A DNA stretch of 32,000 nucleotides from Candidatus Electrothrix yaqonensis. Its GTDB lineage: Bacteria; Desulfobacterota; Desulfobulbia; Desulfobulbales; Desulfobulbaceae. The notes under the pieces are model-generated. The model did no database searches, was not told the origin of the DNA, and saw only the letters and a program-made list of their open reading frames with translations. The position numbers were made by a program, and so were the translations under genes. This document shows positions 1 to 10,303 of this stretch, piece by piece (position 1 is the first letter of the stretch; the number at the start of each line of letters is the position of its first letter). The DNA lies in the NCBI GenBank assembly GCA_047651235.1, contig CP178758.1, forward strand, positions 870,001-902,000, read 5' to 3'.

Positions 1-49
1 CAGTACAGACTGAATACGGACTGAAGCGGTCCCGCCCGATACTTCCGCC

Positions 50-643
50 TCATGAATGTGATATATCCTCGTTTTTCGGCTGGTTCTGCTCTGCCTGTTC
101 CTTTGCCTGTGTCAGCCTGACAACACTCCAGATTGTACAACCGATGCCGGTGAATCCGGCAACAACGGACAGGGCGATGCTGCCGCAAATCTGTTTCAGC
201 ATCTCGAAAAACACCGCGCGGGAAAACGAAAACACGCCCTGGTCACTTTCCCCGGTGATATCAAGGGCAATTCTGCACGGCTTCTGCACCTCAATATAGC
301 CGATACTGCGTTTTGCGCTGCTTCCGCTGCTCATGGATATTGAGGAGGACGCGATAAAGGCAAACGGTTCCCCGGTTTCTGCATTGGTAAAGCGGATATT
401 CATGCCGTCCGGCAGCTCCTCGGAGCGGTTGTAGCTCCTGCCGTCAAAGACTGTCTGGTAATTGTTCCATAAATAATATCGTCCCGGTTCTTTGACAGCA
501 ACCTGTATGCTTCCGGGAACTATGAACTGTTCGTTCACAGAATCACCCAGAAAAAGGGGCACGATGATTATCAGGGGAATGACAACTCCGCCGAGAACAA
601 ACAGGCTGACTCCGACAATGATGGTTTTTACGCCGCGTTTCAT
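50..643 (-). CDS. hypothetical membrane protein (two hydrophobic helices)
   Basis: ORF 50-1012 trimmed to the ATG at 641-643 (MKRGVKTIIVGVSLFVLGG...), which removes the part overlapping the tautomerase gene. It has N- and C-terminal hydrophobic helices. No family recognised. Confidence 0.55.
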   Translation of the reverse strand: MKRGVKTIIVGVSLFVLGGVVIPLIIIVPLFLGDSVNEQFIVPGSIQVAVKEPGRYYLWNNYQTVFDGRSYNRSEELPDGMNIRFTNAETGEPFAFIASSSISMSSGSSAKRSIGYIEVQKPCRIALDITGESDQGVFSFSRAVFFEMLKQICGSIALSVVAGFTGIGCTIWSVVRLTQAKEQAEQNQPKNEDISHS

Positions 644-754
644 AGGCCCGAACCTTGATTCAATGATGGATGATTGGCATATAAGAGAATTGTATATCCT
701 GAATGCTCTGGCAGCAAAGGGATTCAGTATAAAAAACAGAACAGGAGAAGAACA

Positions 755-2990
<2,236 letters not shown>

Positions 2991-3187
2991 ATATGGTTAT
3001 ACTCAACATTGGAAGGACTTGAGCTTTCCGATCTCGACACCCACCGTTAAAACAGTGGGCTATTCTCTGTCGCCCCACCGGGGCTGCGCGAAAACAGCGT
3101 CCCGGAGGGACTGCCGAAAATAGCCCGGTCTTTCAAGGCCGGGACAGGAATTATTCCGATGGAAAGCATACCTGCTGGAGGAGTAAC

Positions 3188-3496
3188 ATGAGCAAAAAAA
3201 GAAAGGTTGCCGATCTGCCTGATTTTGATCCGGCAAAATTCCTGAAAGACGATGAAGATATTGCCGCTTACCTCACGGTCGTGATCGGAGAAAATGACCC
3301 CTCCCTCTTGGCTGCTGCTTTGGGGGATATTGCACGAGCCAAAGGAATGACGGAACTATCTCAATCCACAGGAATAACCCGCGAAGCTTTGTATAAAACA
3401 CTTAGGCCGAATGCCAAGCCGCGATTTGACACAATCAACCGAGTATGTGCAGCCCTTGGAGTTCGTTTGGTAGCCCAACCTGCTCATTCTCAGTGA
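3188..3496 (+). CDS. addiction-module antidote protein, HigA/XRE HTH family (orphan)
   Basis: 102 aa with a GGAGGA SD upstream. The pattern DFDPAKFLKDDEDIAAYL...MTELSQSTGITREALYKTLRPNAKPRFDTINRVCAALG is typical of HigA-type antidote proteins. No toxin ORF lies in the 197 bp upstream. Confidence 0.8.
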   Translation: MSKKRKVADLPDFDPAKFLKDDEDIAAYLTVVIGENDPSLLAAALGDIARAKGMTELSQSTGITREALYKTLRPNAKPRFDTINRVCAALGVRLVAQPAHSQ

Positions 3497-3498
3497 AT

Positions 3499-3605
3499 TA
3501 TAGCTGGAGCAACATAATTTGAATATGCCCACAAGAGGCATAAGTTTTGCCTTCACGCCTTTCAGATAGCTGATCCTGTATTCAGTTTATACTGCTCCAG
3601 CTATA
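3499..3605 (-). mobile_element. 107-bp MITE, copy A (inverted relative to copies B and C)
   Basis: Exact reverse complement of 4079-4185 and 18245-18351. It has a perfect 13-bp terminal inverted repeat TATAGCTGGAGCA that extends imperfectly to about 31 bp. It starts 2 nt after the higA-like stop and cuts the 3' end of the IS200 tnpA. Confidence 0.8.
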
Positions 3606-3946
3606 TCGACACAATAGCCGCGTGCCCAAAAACGATTACCCCAGTACGGTTTTTTCTTCAATTTGCGAAACTTGTTGAATACACGAATCGCGGTTCTGCC
3701 TTTAATGATGCCCATATAATCCGAAATCGACAGTTTCGGAGGAATCATCACGATAATATGAACATGATCTTTTTGAACATTCAGCTCAATCACTTCACAC
3801 TTTTTCTGCTCGCTGAATGCGCAGGTACAATTGAACACCTCCTGTCCGACTTCACCCTCAAGTATTCTTAATCGATACTTGGGAACCCAGACGATATGGT
3901 ACTGGCAATGCCAAATTGTATGTGATAGTTTTTTAAATCGACTCAT
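3587..3946 (-). CDS. tnpA: IS200/IS605 family Y1 transposase TnpA, 3'-truncated
   Basis: MSRFKKLSHTIWHCQYHIVWVPKYR..., HUH motif in DHVHIIV, and the RGY Tyr region. The ORF ends RGYCVD-IAGAV*, with its last ~28 nt inside the MITE at 3499-3605. About 30 residues that normally follow RGYxVxTVG are therefore missing. Confidence 0.8.
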   Translation of the reverse strand: MSRFKKLSHTIWHCQYHIVWVPKYRLRILEGEVGQEVFNCTCAFSEQKKCEVIELNVQKDHVHIIVMIPPKLSISDYMGIIKGRTAIRVFNKFRKLKKKPYWGNRFWARGYCVDIAGAV

Positions 3947-4035
3947 AATTTGCTCCTGATATTGTTGTGGGGACAACACGTCATGGAGCTTATTATGAGC
4001 TTTTGAGGTTCAACCGGCAAAGCCGCTGAACTCTG

Positions 4036-4056
4036 ACCACCCCCAGAGGGGGTGGT
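4036..4056. repeat. perfect 9-bp stem hairpin (ACCACCCCC-aga-GGGGGTGGT), probable IS200 left-end hairpin
   Basis: Read directly from the sequence. It lies ~90 nt upstream of tnpA on the tnpA strand, where IS200-type elements carry a subterminal hairpin. Confidence 0.5.
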
Positions 4057-4078
4057 TTTCTACTACGAAATAAAGTTG

Positions 4079-4185
4079 TATAGCTGGAGCAGTATAAACT
4101 GAATACAGGATCAGCTATCTGAAAGGCGTGAAGGCAAAACTTATGCCTCTTGTGGGCATATTCAAATTATGTTGCTCCAGCTATA
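4079..4185 (+). mobile_element. 107-bp MITE, copy B
   Basis: Identical to 18245-18351. It sits in the left arm of IS701-like copy 1, and about 50 bp of IS sequence present in copy 2 (about 8350-8403) are missing next to it. Confidence 0.8.
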
Positions 4186-4232
4186 TCAAAAAAATACCCG
4201 TCAATCGCCCTGATTATAACTTTATTCTTTTT

Positions 4233-5221
4233 ATGAACGCTCCCAGCCCCGAAAAAAGAAGTCCCCATGACAAATTCTTTGAGTTGACCGGCATCGCCCG
4301 GCAACTTACGTCTTTTCACGAAAGATATCATCATTTTTTTAAGAGACATACGGTAAGTTTGTCAGATAAAGCATTCCAATACTTGAAAGGTTTATTCCAG
4401 GCTGACAAAAAAACATGGAACGTATGGAGGAAAAGGTTCCGGGCGTTAAATATGAGCCCCTCCAGTATTTTCTTTCCGAATCGAACTGGGATTGGCGTCC
4501 TGTAAACAACCAAGTAGCTAAAGATGCGGATAACATTTTTGGAGGAAAGGAAGATAGCGCTCTTTTTATTGATGAATCCGGGATACCCAAAAAGGGTAAA
4601 ATGTCTGTTGGGGTTTCTCGTCAATGGTGCGGGCAGCTTGGTAAAACCGACAACTGTCAAGTAGTTCTACTTTGGCGATCATAAACATAACTAGCTTATT
4701 TTTATTAAGTATTTAAAAACCCCTGTTTTTAGTATTATTAATATTATTAAATAGTTAATGGTATGGTCACCAAAGTAGAATTAGTTGTCAGACGTGAGGT
4801 TAAGTCCCCGAAAAAAATTAAATATAGCCTAAGTAATGCGGAAAGTAACACGTCAACAAGACGACTTGCATATATGCAAGCTCAACGATATTGGGTTGAA
4901 CGGCCATTTCAGGATGCAAAAAATGAATGTGGAATGGGTGATTATCAGGCTCGGGGATGGCTGGCTTGGCATCATCATATGACTATGGTCATGATGGCCA
5001 TGTTGTTTATGGTCGAGCAACGATTATACCATCAAGTCGGTGTCCCGTTATTGAGTTGCGCTGATATAACAACATTACTCAAGTCAATTCTTCCACGTCG
5101 AGATGTAAACGAAGATGAAGTTATAAGACAGCTTCGTCAACGGCATGAAAAGAGGCAAGCTTCGATTGATTTCGCATATGAGAAACAACCGAATTGCAAA
5201 TTATTACCACAGCCTTTGTGA
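4233..5221 (+). pseudogene. IS701 family DDE transposase, disrupted (frameshift plus internal deletion)
   Basis: N-terminal MNAPSPEKRS...; then MERMEEKVPGVKYEPLQYFLSESNWDW...ALFIDESGIPKKG...SRQWCGQLGKTDNCQ in another frame. The C-terminal part RYWVERPFQDAKNECGMGDYQARGWLAWHHH resumes after the nested element. The segment carrying the middle catalytic Asp is missing. Confidence 0.7.
4665..4780. mobile_element. ~115-bp AT-rich MITE with IS701-like termini, nested in copy 1
   Basis: Termini TTCTACTTTGGCGATCAT ... ATGGTCACCAAAGTAGAA form an inverted repeat (2 mismatches in 18). They resemble the IS ends TTCTACTTTGTCAACCAT (8279) and CCAAAGTAGAA (9885, 5235). Confidence 0.55.
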
Positions 5222-5235
5222 GTGCCAAAGTAGAA

Positions 5236-5435
5236 TTAATCGTCTCGTCCATAGGCGAACCCGCCGTGTGATTTTTCAGCACTGCGAAAAATGCGTCATC
5301 AAGGCCGATGGCGGTCGAGAGGACGGATTTACGTCCCCCGCCCGGTTTGCGAATTCGTTCTTCTTTTTCAGACAGGCTGCCGTAAAAATTACGCATTCGC
5401 GTTTCTATCTCAGGAGAATATGTTTTTATCTTCAT
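5236..5435 (-). pseudogene. ISAzo13-type transposase, N-terminal fragment cut by IS701-like copy 1
   Basis: MKIKTYSPEIETRMRNFYGSLSEKEERIRKPGGGRKSVLS...LKNHTAGSPMDE matches the N-terminal GGGRK...GDPM region of ISAzo13-family transposases as I recall it. Homology stops at the IS right end (5235). Confidence 0.55.
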
Positions 5436-5760
5436 AACCGGATGAGAATAAACGCAACTATGAAATTGTCAATGACCTGTCAGCAAGTTCCGTTGTTATT
5501 AAATTTTCATTCCTTATGAAACCGTAAGGTTCTCCGACTGGGCCCTGATTTTTCAGAGTTCTTTTCAAGATAACCTCTTTTTGTCCTGCCTGAAAAGCAA
5601 ATACTCCCCGCATCAATGTGGAAGCAAAACCTGTTGCACTCTTTTTACAGCCCTGTTTAAATACATAACCACGAAATTCTGCTTGAACATACAGGTCTTA
5701 CCCTGTCCGATTTTCCATTCAGATCATGCCCTGAGAACAAACAGGGAAAAGGAAGCTGTC

Positions 5761-7914
5761 GTGATACATGACGCCACCCTCGGTATAGCCGTTCTGCTGG
5801 CTGCCGGACTTTTTGTTGCCAAACTGGCCCAGCTCCTCCGTCTCCCGTCGGTGACCGGCTTTATTCTTGCCGGACTGCTGCTGGGCGAGTCAGGCATCGG
5901 GCTGATCACTGTTGACCTGATAGGCCATCAGCTGGATCATTTCACCAGTATCGCCCTGATGCTGATCGCCTTCGGCATCGGTGAACATGTGGAGCTGCGC
6001 CGCCTTGACGGCATGGGCCGCGATGTTGCCTATATATCGGTGATTCAGGCTGCAGCCGCTTTTCTCCTAGTCCTGCTTGCCGCCCTGCCGACCACTTGGC
6101 TGGTCTCCGGCACCGAGGAAATCACGCGGGATCAGGTGGTTCTCTCCGTGCTTCTCGGCGCGATCGCCGTGGCCACTGCACCGGCAGCCATTCTCCATGT
6201 CACACGGGAGCTGGGCACACGCGGTCCCATGACCTCCACCCTTATGGCCGTGGTTGCGGTGGATGACGCCATTGCCATCATGATCTTCGGGATAGCTGTT
6301 TCCACGGCCCATAACCTCACCGGCACGGACGGACTTTCCCTGCAGTCGCTCCTGTTCTGTCTTTACGAAATCGGCGGTTCTCTGATCGCCGGTGTCATCA
6401 CAGGATGTCTTATCGGTTTCATTCTGGACAAGCTGCGCAACCGGGGTGAAATGCTGACAGCCGGACTGGCCCTGCTCCTGCTCTGCGGCGAGCTGACCCG
6501 GCTGCTCCATCTCTCCCCCCTGCTGGCAGGCATGATGACCGGTTTTGTGATGATCAACCATGCGGAACGGGACGTCCGGCTGTTCCGGATCATCAACGGC
6601 TTTGAGCCGCCGATCTATGTCATGTTTTTCACCCTGGCCGGTGTGCATCTGGATCTCTCCGCCCTGCGGCTGGCCGGGTGGGTTGGGATAGCCTATTTTC
6701 TGGCCAGAATTCTGGGAAAATACAGCGGCAGCTGGCTTGGTGCCTATCTGTCCGGCGCAGAAAAAAATGTACGTAACTTCCTCGGCCTCTCGCTGATCCC
6801 CCAGGCCGGGGTGGCTATCGGCTTTGTCTTTATGGTCAGTACAGACCCGAAGCTGGCTGCCTGGTCGGATACCATCACCCCGGTGGTCCTGGCCGGAGTG
6901 GTCCTGTCCGAGCTGTTCGGTCCGCTGCTGGTCCGTATTACGGTCGAAAAAGCCGGAGAAATCGGCCCGGATCAGGCCCGCAGTACGTCCAGTTCCGCAA
7001 TCTCCCGGTTTTTCGGATTCAGCACAGGCAAGGACGACAACCCCACTCTGCCCCCGTGGCAGGAAAATACGCTGCATCCGTCAGGTTCCCCTGCAGGGAC
7101 AGTGCTCGTCGGTACCTGCCATTTTGCCACTGCCAGAGCACTGACTAGGGTGGCGACTATTCTGGCGCATCATTTTGACTCCCTTCCCCTAGCTGTCCGG
7201 GTGCACTGCAGGACAGAAAATGCAGAAAACGGAAAAAACGGGCAGCTGACTGCGGAAGAACAGCAGGATCTCTTTCTGCCGGAAACCGATGAGGCGGCAT
7301 TGTTAGGTTATCCCCTGCAGACTAAGGTTATATACCACGAACGGGCCTCGGCCCTGATTGCCGCAACAGAAGAGGAAAATATCCGAGCCCTGGTCCTCGG
7401 TTATCCCCTCGGCAGAACTCCGCTGAAATTCCGGAAAATACTTGACCCGGTGGTGGCCAATGTCCGCTGTCCGGTGATTGCTGTCCGTTTTGTCGGCACA
7501 ATGACCTGGGAACGTATCCTGATTCCGTTTATCCTGCCGGAAGAGCTGGATGAGCTGCTGCCGGTTATTGAGGCGCTGGTGACCTCATGTCAGCCGAAAC
7601 TGACCTTTCACCACCTCCTTTACGCGGACAGCACCAAGGATGAACGACGGAGCAGGGAAAAAGAACTGGAGCAATGGGCGCGGTCCACGTTTTTTGACGC
7701 CCGTGAAATCACCTGTATTGCCGAAATAACCGAATCCCGGCGGGAATCAATCCTGACCGAAGCCCGGCGCCATGATCTGATCATTCTGAAAGGCATGCGG
7801 ACCGCCGGGCTGCAGCGCAGAATTTTCGGTTCGTTGACTGATGTGGTGGTGAAAAACTGCAGAAATCCGGTTTTTGTAGTATATCCTGCTGAGAGAGCGC
7901 ATAATCATTTGTGA
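5761..7914 (+). CDS. CPA2-family cation:proton antiporter fused to tandem universal-stress-protein-like domains
   Basis: Likely GTG start at 5761 (GGAAAAGGAAG upstream). Multi-TM Kef/NapA-like N-terminal ~400 aa (LRLPSVTGFILAGLLLGESGIGL...). The C-terminal ~270 aa has two USP-like units (VLVGTCHFATARAL...; ERILIPFILPEE...LIILKGMRTAGLQRRIFGSLTDVVVKNCRNPVFVV). Confidence 0.8.
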   Translation: MIHDATLGIAVLLAAGLFVAKLAQLLRLPSVTGFILAGLLLGESGIGLITVDLIGHQLDHFTSIALMLIAFGIGEHVELRRLDGMGRDVAYISVIQAAAAFLLVLLAALPTTWLVSGTEEITRDQVVLSVLLGAIAVATAPAAILHVTRELGTRGPMTSTLMAVVAVDDAIAIMIFGIAVSTAHNLTGTDGLSLQSLLFCLYEIGGSLIAGVITGCLIGFILDKLRNRGEMLTAGLALLLLCGELTRLLHLSPLLAGMMTGFVMINHAERDVRLFRIINGFEPPIYVMFFTLAGVHLDLSALRLAGWVGIAYFLARILGKYSGSWLGAYLSGAEKNVRNFLGLSLIPQAGVAIGFVFMVSTDPKLAAWSDTITPVVLAGVVLSELFGPLLVRITVEKAGEIGPDQARSTSSSAISRFFGFSTGKDDNPTLPPWQENTLHPSGSPAGTVLVGTCHFATARALTRVATILAHHFDSLPLAVRVHCRTENAENGKNGQLTAEEQQDLFLPETDEAALLGYPLQTKVIYHERASALIAATEEENIRALVLGYPLGRTPLKFRKILDPVVANVRCPVIAVRFVGTMTWERILIPFILPEELDELLPVIEALVTSCQPKLTFHHLLYADSTKDERRSREKELEQWARSTFFDAREITCIAEITESRRESILTEARRHDLIILKGMRTAGLQRRIFGSLTDVVVKNCRNPVFVVYPAERAHNHL

Positions 7915-7916
7915 AG

Positions 7917-8117
7917 ATGGCTAATCGAGAACAGCTGAACATACTCTGGCGAGGGGTTGCGGCGTGGAATGCGTGGCGCGAGGAGCATCCTGATGCGGAA
8001 ATTGATTTAAGCGGAGCAAATCTGGATAGGAGGGATTTGAGCGGAGCGAATTTTAGGAAGGCGAATGTTTGTGGGGTGAGTTTCATATCTGCGGACCTTG
8101 TAAAAATAGATTTTTAA
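7917..8117 (+). CDS. pentapeptide-repeat protein, N-terminal fragment
   Basis: MANREQLNILWRGVAAWNAWREEHPDAEIDLSGANLDRRDLSGANFRKANVCGVSF is a typical N-terminus of pentapeptide-repeat proteins. The ORF stops 3 nt before the inverted-repeat element at 8121. Confidence 0.6.
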   Translation: MANREQLNILWRGVAAWNAWREEHPDAEIDLSGANLDRRDLSGANFRKANVCGVSFISADLVKIDF

Positions 8118-8120
8118 TGC

Positions 8121-8244
8121 GAATTAGGGGTTGAAATCCATAACACAAAATCAACAAGATAAAACTGAAAAAATCTGCAGAATCGGAACAGTTTTTCTGT
8201 AACTATCTGTTTTTGCTGGGGCCGAATAATCCAACTCCTAATTC
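8121..8244. mobile_element. 124-bp inverted-repeat (MITE-like) element
   Basis: Termini GAATTAGGGGTTG ... CAACTCCTAATTC (12/13 complementary). The ends and the inner GGATTT/GTTGATTTTGT strings resemble the 20402-20519 element. No target duplication seen. Confidence 0.45.
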
Positions 8245-8278
8245 ACATTTTTACGGAGCTATTATCGGGGATGATTAT

Positions 8279-9885
8279 TTCTACTTTGTCAACCATAACC
8301 TTTTGATCTATTTGTAAAAACTTCTTACAATATCCGGATAAAGTTGTATCTTTCATTAGGAAAATTTTATCGCTTTTTGATCAAGCTAGCACCTGATAAC
8401 AGCTATCAAAAAAATACCCGTCAATCGCCCTGATTATAACTTTATTCTTTTTATGAACGCTCCCAGCCCCGAAAAAAGAAGTCCCCATGACAAATTCTTT
8501 GAGTTGACCGGCATCGCCCGGCAACTTACGTCTTTTCACGAAAGATATCATCATTTTTTTAAGAGACATACGGTAAGTTTGTCAGATAAAGCATTCCAAT
8601 ACTTGAAAGGTTTATTCCAGTCTGACAAAAAAACATGGAACGTATGGAGGAAAAGGTTCCGGGCGTTAAATATGAGCCCCTCCAGTATTTTCTTTCCGAA
8701 TCGAACTGGGATTGGCGTCCTGTAAACAACCACGTAGCTAAAGATGCGGATAACATTTTTGGAGGAAAGGAAGATAGCGCTCTTTTTATTGATGAATCCG
8801 GGATACCCAAAAAGGGTAAAATGTCTGTTGGGGTTTCTCGTCAATGGTGCGGGCAGCTTGGTAAAACCGACAACTGTCAAGTAGTAGTGTTTGCAACTTT
8901 GGGATATGGTCGCTTTTCAACGCCGATCGACTGTCGGCTGTATTTACCGAAAAGCTGGACGGATGACAAGGAACGTTGTCTTAAGGCTAAGATTCCCGCC
9001 GACAAAATTGTTTTCAAAACAAAGCATGAACAGGCTCTTGACATGGTCTTCCATGCGCGAAAGAATGGCGTTCGTTTTAACTGGGTGGGTTGTGATGGTT
9101 TTTACGGGAAGAATTCTCAATTTCTTCGGAAACTTGATAATAACGATGAAAAGTTCATGGCAGATGTTCATAAAGACCAAATAATTTATAATTTATATTG
9201 AAGATCCCAACCCTGTCGTTCCAAAAGCAAAATCGAACAAAGGGAAACGCCCGAGCAAGCTCGAAGCACAAAAAGAAGGCATACGTGTTGATAAATGGGT
9301 GATGCAACAACTTAATAATGCATGGAAACGGGTGAAAGTTCGAAATACGACCAAAGGCAAACTCATTGTGGATATTCTGCATAGGGAAGTGGCTATGGGA
9401 CGGTAAAGAGGCTGAAGCAAGAAAATGGCATTTAGTTGTCAGACATGAGGTTAAGTCCCCGAAAAAAATTAAATATAGCCTAAGTAATGCGGAAAGTAAC
9501 ACGTCAACAAGACGACTTGCATATATGCAAGCTCAACGATATTGGGTTGAACGGCCATTTCAGGATGCAAAAAATGAATGTGGAATGGGTGATTATCAGG
9601 CTCGGGGATGGCTGGCTTGGCATCATCATATGACTATGGTCATGATGGCCATGTTGTTTATGGTCGAGCAACGATTATACCATCAAGTCGGTGTCCCGTT
9701 ATTGAGTTGCGCTGATATAACAACATTACTCAAGTCAATTTTCCACGTCGAGATGTAAACGAAGATGAAGTTATAAGACAGCTTTGTCAACGGCATGAAA
9801 AGAGGCAAGCTTCGATTGATTTCGCATATGAGAAACAACGGAATTGCAAATTATTACCACAGCCTTTGTGAGTGCCAAAGTAGAA
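8279..9885 (+). mobile_element. IS701-like element, copy 2 (full length ~1.6 kb, transposase frameshifted)
   Basis: IRL TTCTACTTTGTCAACCAT at 8279 and IRR ...GCCAAAGTAGAA ending at 9885. It carries an IS701-type DDE transposase reading frame. Confidence 0.8.
8453..9871 (+). pseudogene. IS701 family DDE transposase, multiple frameshifts
   Basis: The reading frame must switch at the A7 run near 8626-8632, near 9190, near 9400, and at a 1-nt deletion near 9740 relative to copy 1. DDE candidates are FIDESG, WVGCDGFYG and YWVERPF. Confidence 0.75.
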
Positions 9886-9887
9886 GT

Positions 9888-9965
9888 AAAGAAAATATGA
9901 AAATTCAATTCGACGAGTTTCTGCCGAAGTGGAATTATGCCGCTGTTCCGTCAGGACGGCTTTGA
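9888..9965 (+). pseudogene. possible C-terminal remnant of an ISAzo13-type transposase
   Basis: KENMKIQFDEFLPKWNYAAVPSGRL* carries the F-x3-WNY C-terminal signature that I associate with ISAzo13-family transposases. It is squeezed between two IS ends. Confidence 0.35.
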
Positions 9966-10075
9966 ATCCCGTAGTTATTAGACCTCCTGCAAAACTTGGT
10001 GATTTGACAGAAACGGCGGATGCTGATATTTTTTCGGTCACTTTTTCGATTATCAACCCCGGAGGTCTGAAAATC

Positions 10076-10303
10076 ATGCTCACATTCGAAAAACTCTCCC
10101 GCCGCCCTGAAACATTCCGCCGTCTGACCGGTGTCGATATTGATCTTTTCAACGGAATGACGGAAAAGATCCGCCCTTTATGGGAAGAGCGGAGAGATAA
10201 TTTTGAAAAGGGCGGGAGAAAGCACAACTTGGAAGGAGCTGAAAACCACCTTCTCGCCATGCTCCTGCGAAGTCTTCGCTTATCTATTACCGTTGTTACG
10301 TGA
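10076..10303 (+). CDS. IS5-family transposase, N-terminal HTH part (orfA)
   Basis: GGAGG SD, then MLTFEKLSRRPETFRRLTGVDIDLFNGMTEKIRPLWEE...HLLAMLL (HTH_Tnp_4-like). The frame ends where LIYYRCYVTYEFLSFFF continues in another frame. Confidence 0.65.
   Translation: MLTFEKLSRRPETFRRLTGVDIDLFNGMTEKIRPLWEERRDNFEKGGRKHNLEGAENHLLAMLLRSLRLSITVVT

Larger units (their letters stand above)
4058..5235 (+). mobile_element. IS701-like element, copy 1 (defective: internal deletions, two nested MITEs)
   Basis: 4187-4665 and 4781-5235 are ~99% identical to 8407-8885 and ~9433-9885 of copy 2. The right end ...GTGCCAAAGTAGAA is at 5235. A possible left-end remnant TTCTACT is at 4058-4064. About 550 bp of the middle are replaced by a 115-bp AT-rich element. 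Confidence 0.65.

Noticed and set aside
3356-3556. ORFs starting MKAKLMPLVGIFKLCCSSY (3356-3556 minus strand, 4128-4505 plus strand)
   Set aside because: The shared N-terminus is encoded by the 107-bp MITE itself (GTG start inside the element) and runs into whatever lies next to each copy. These are artefactual fusions rather than a gene family.
6067-7077. 336-aa minus-strand ORF, and the 6824-7144 plus-strand ORF, inside the CPA2 antiporter gene
   Set aside because: They are antisense or off-frame to a clear multi-TM transporter frame. Their composition-biased sequence (G, R, Q, D rich) carries no domain signatures.
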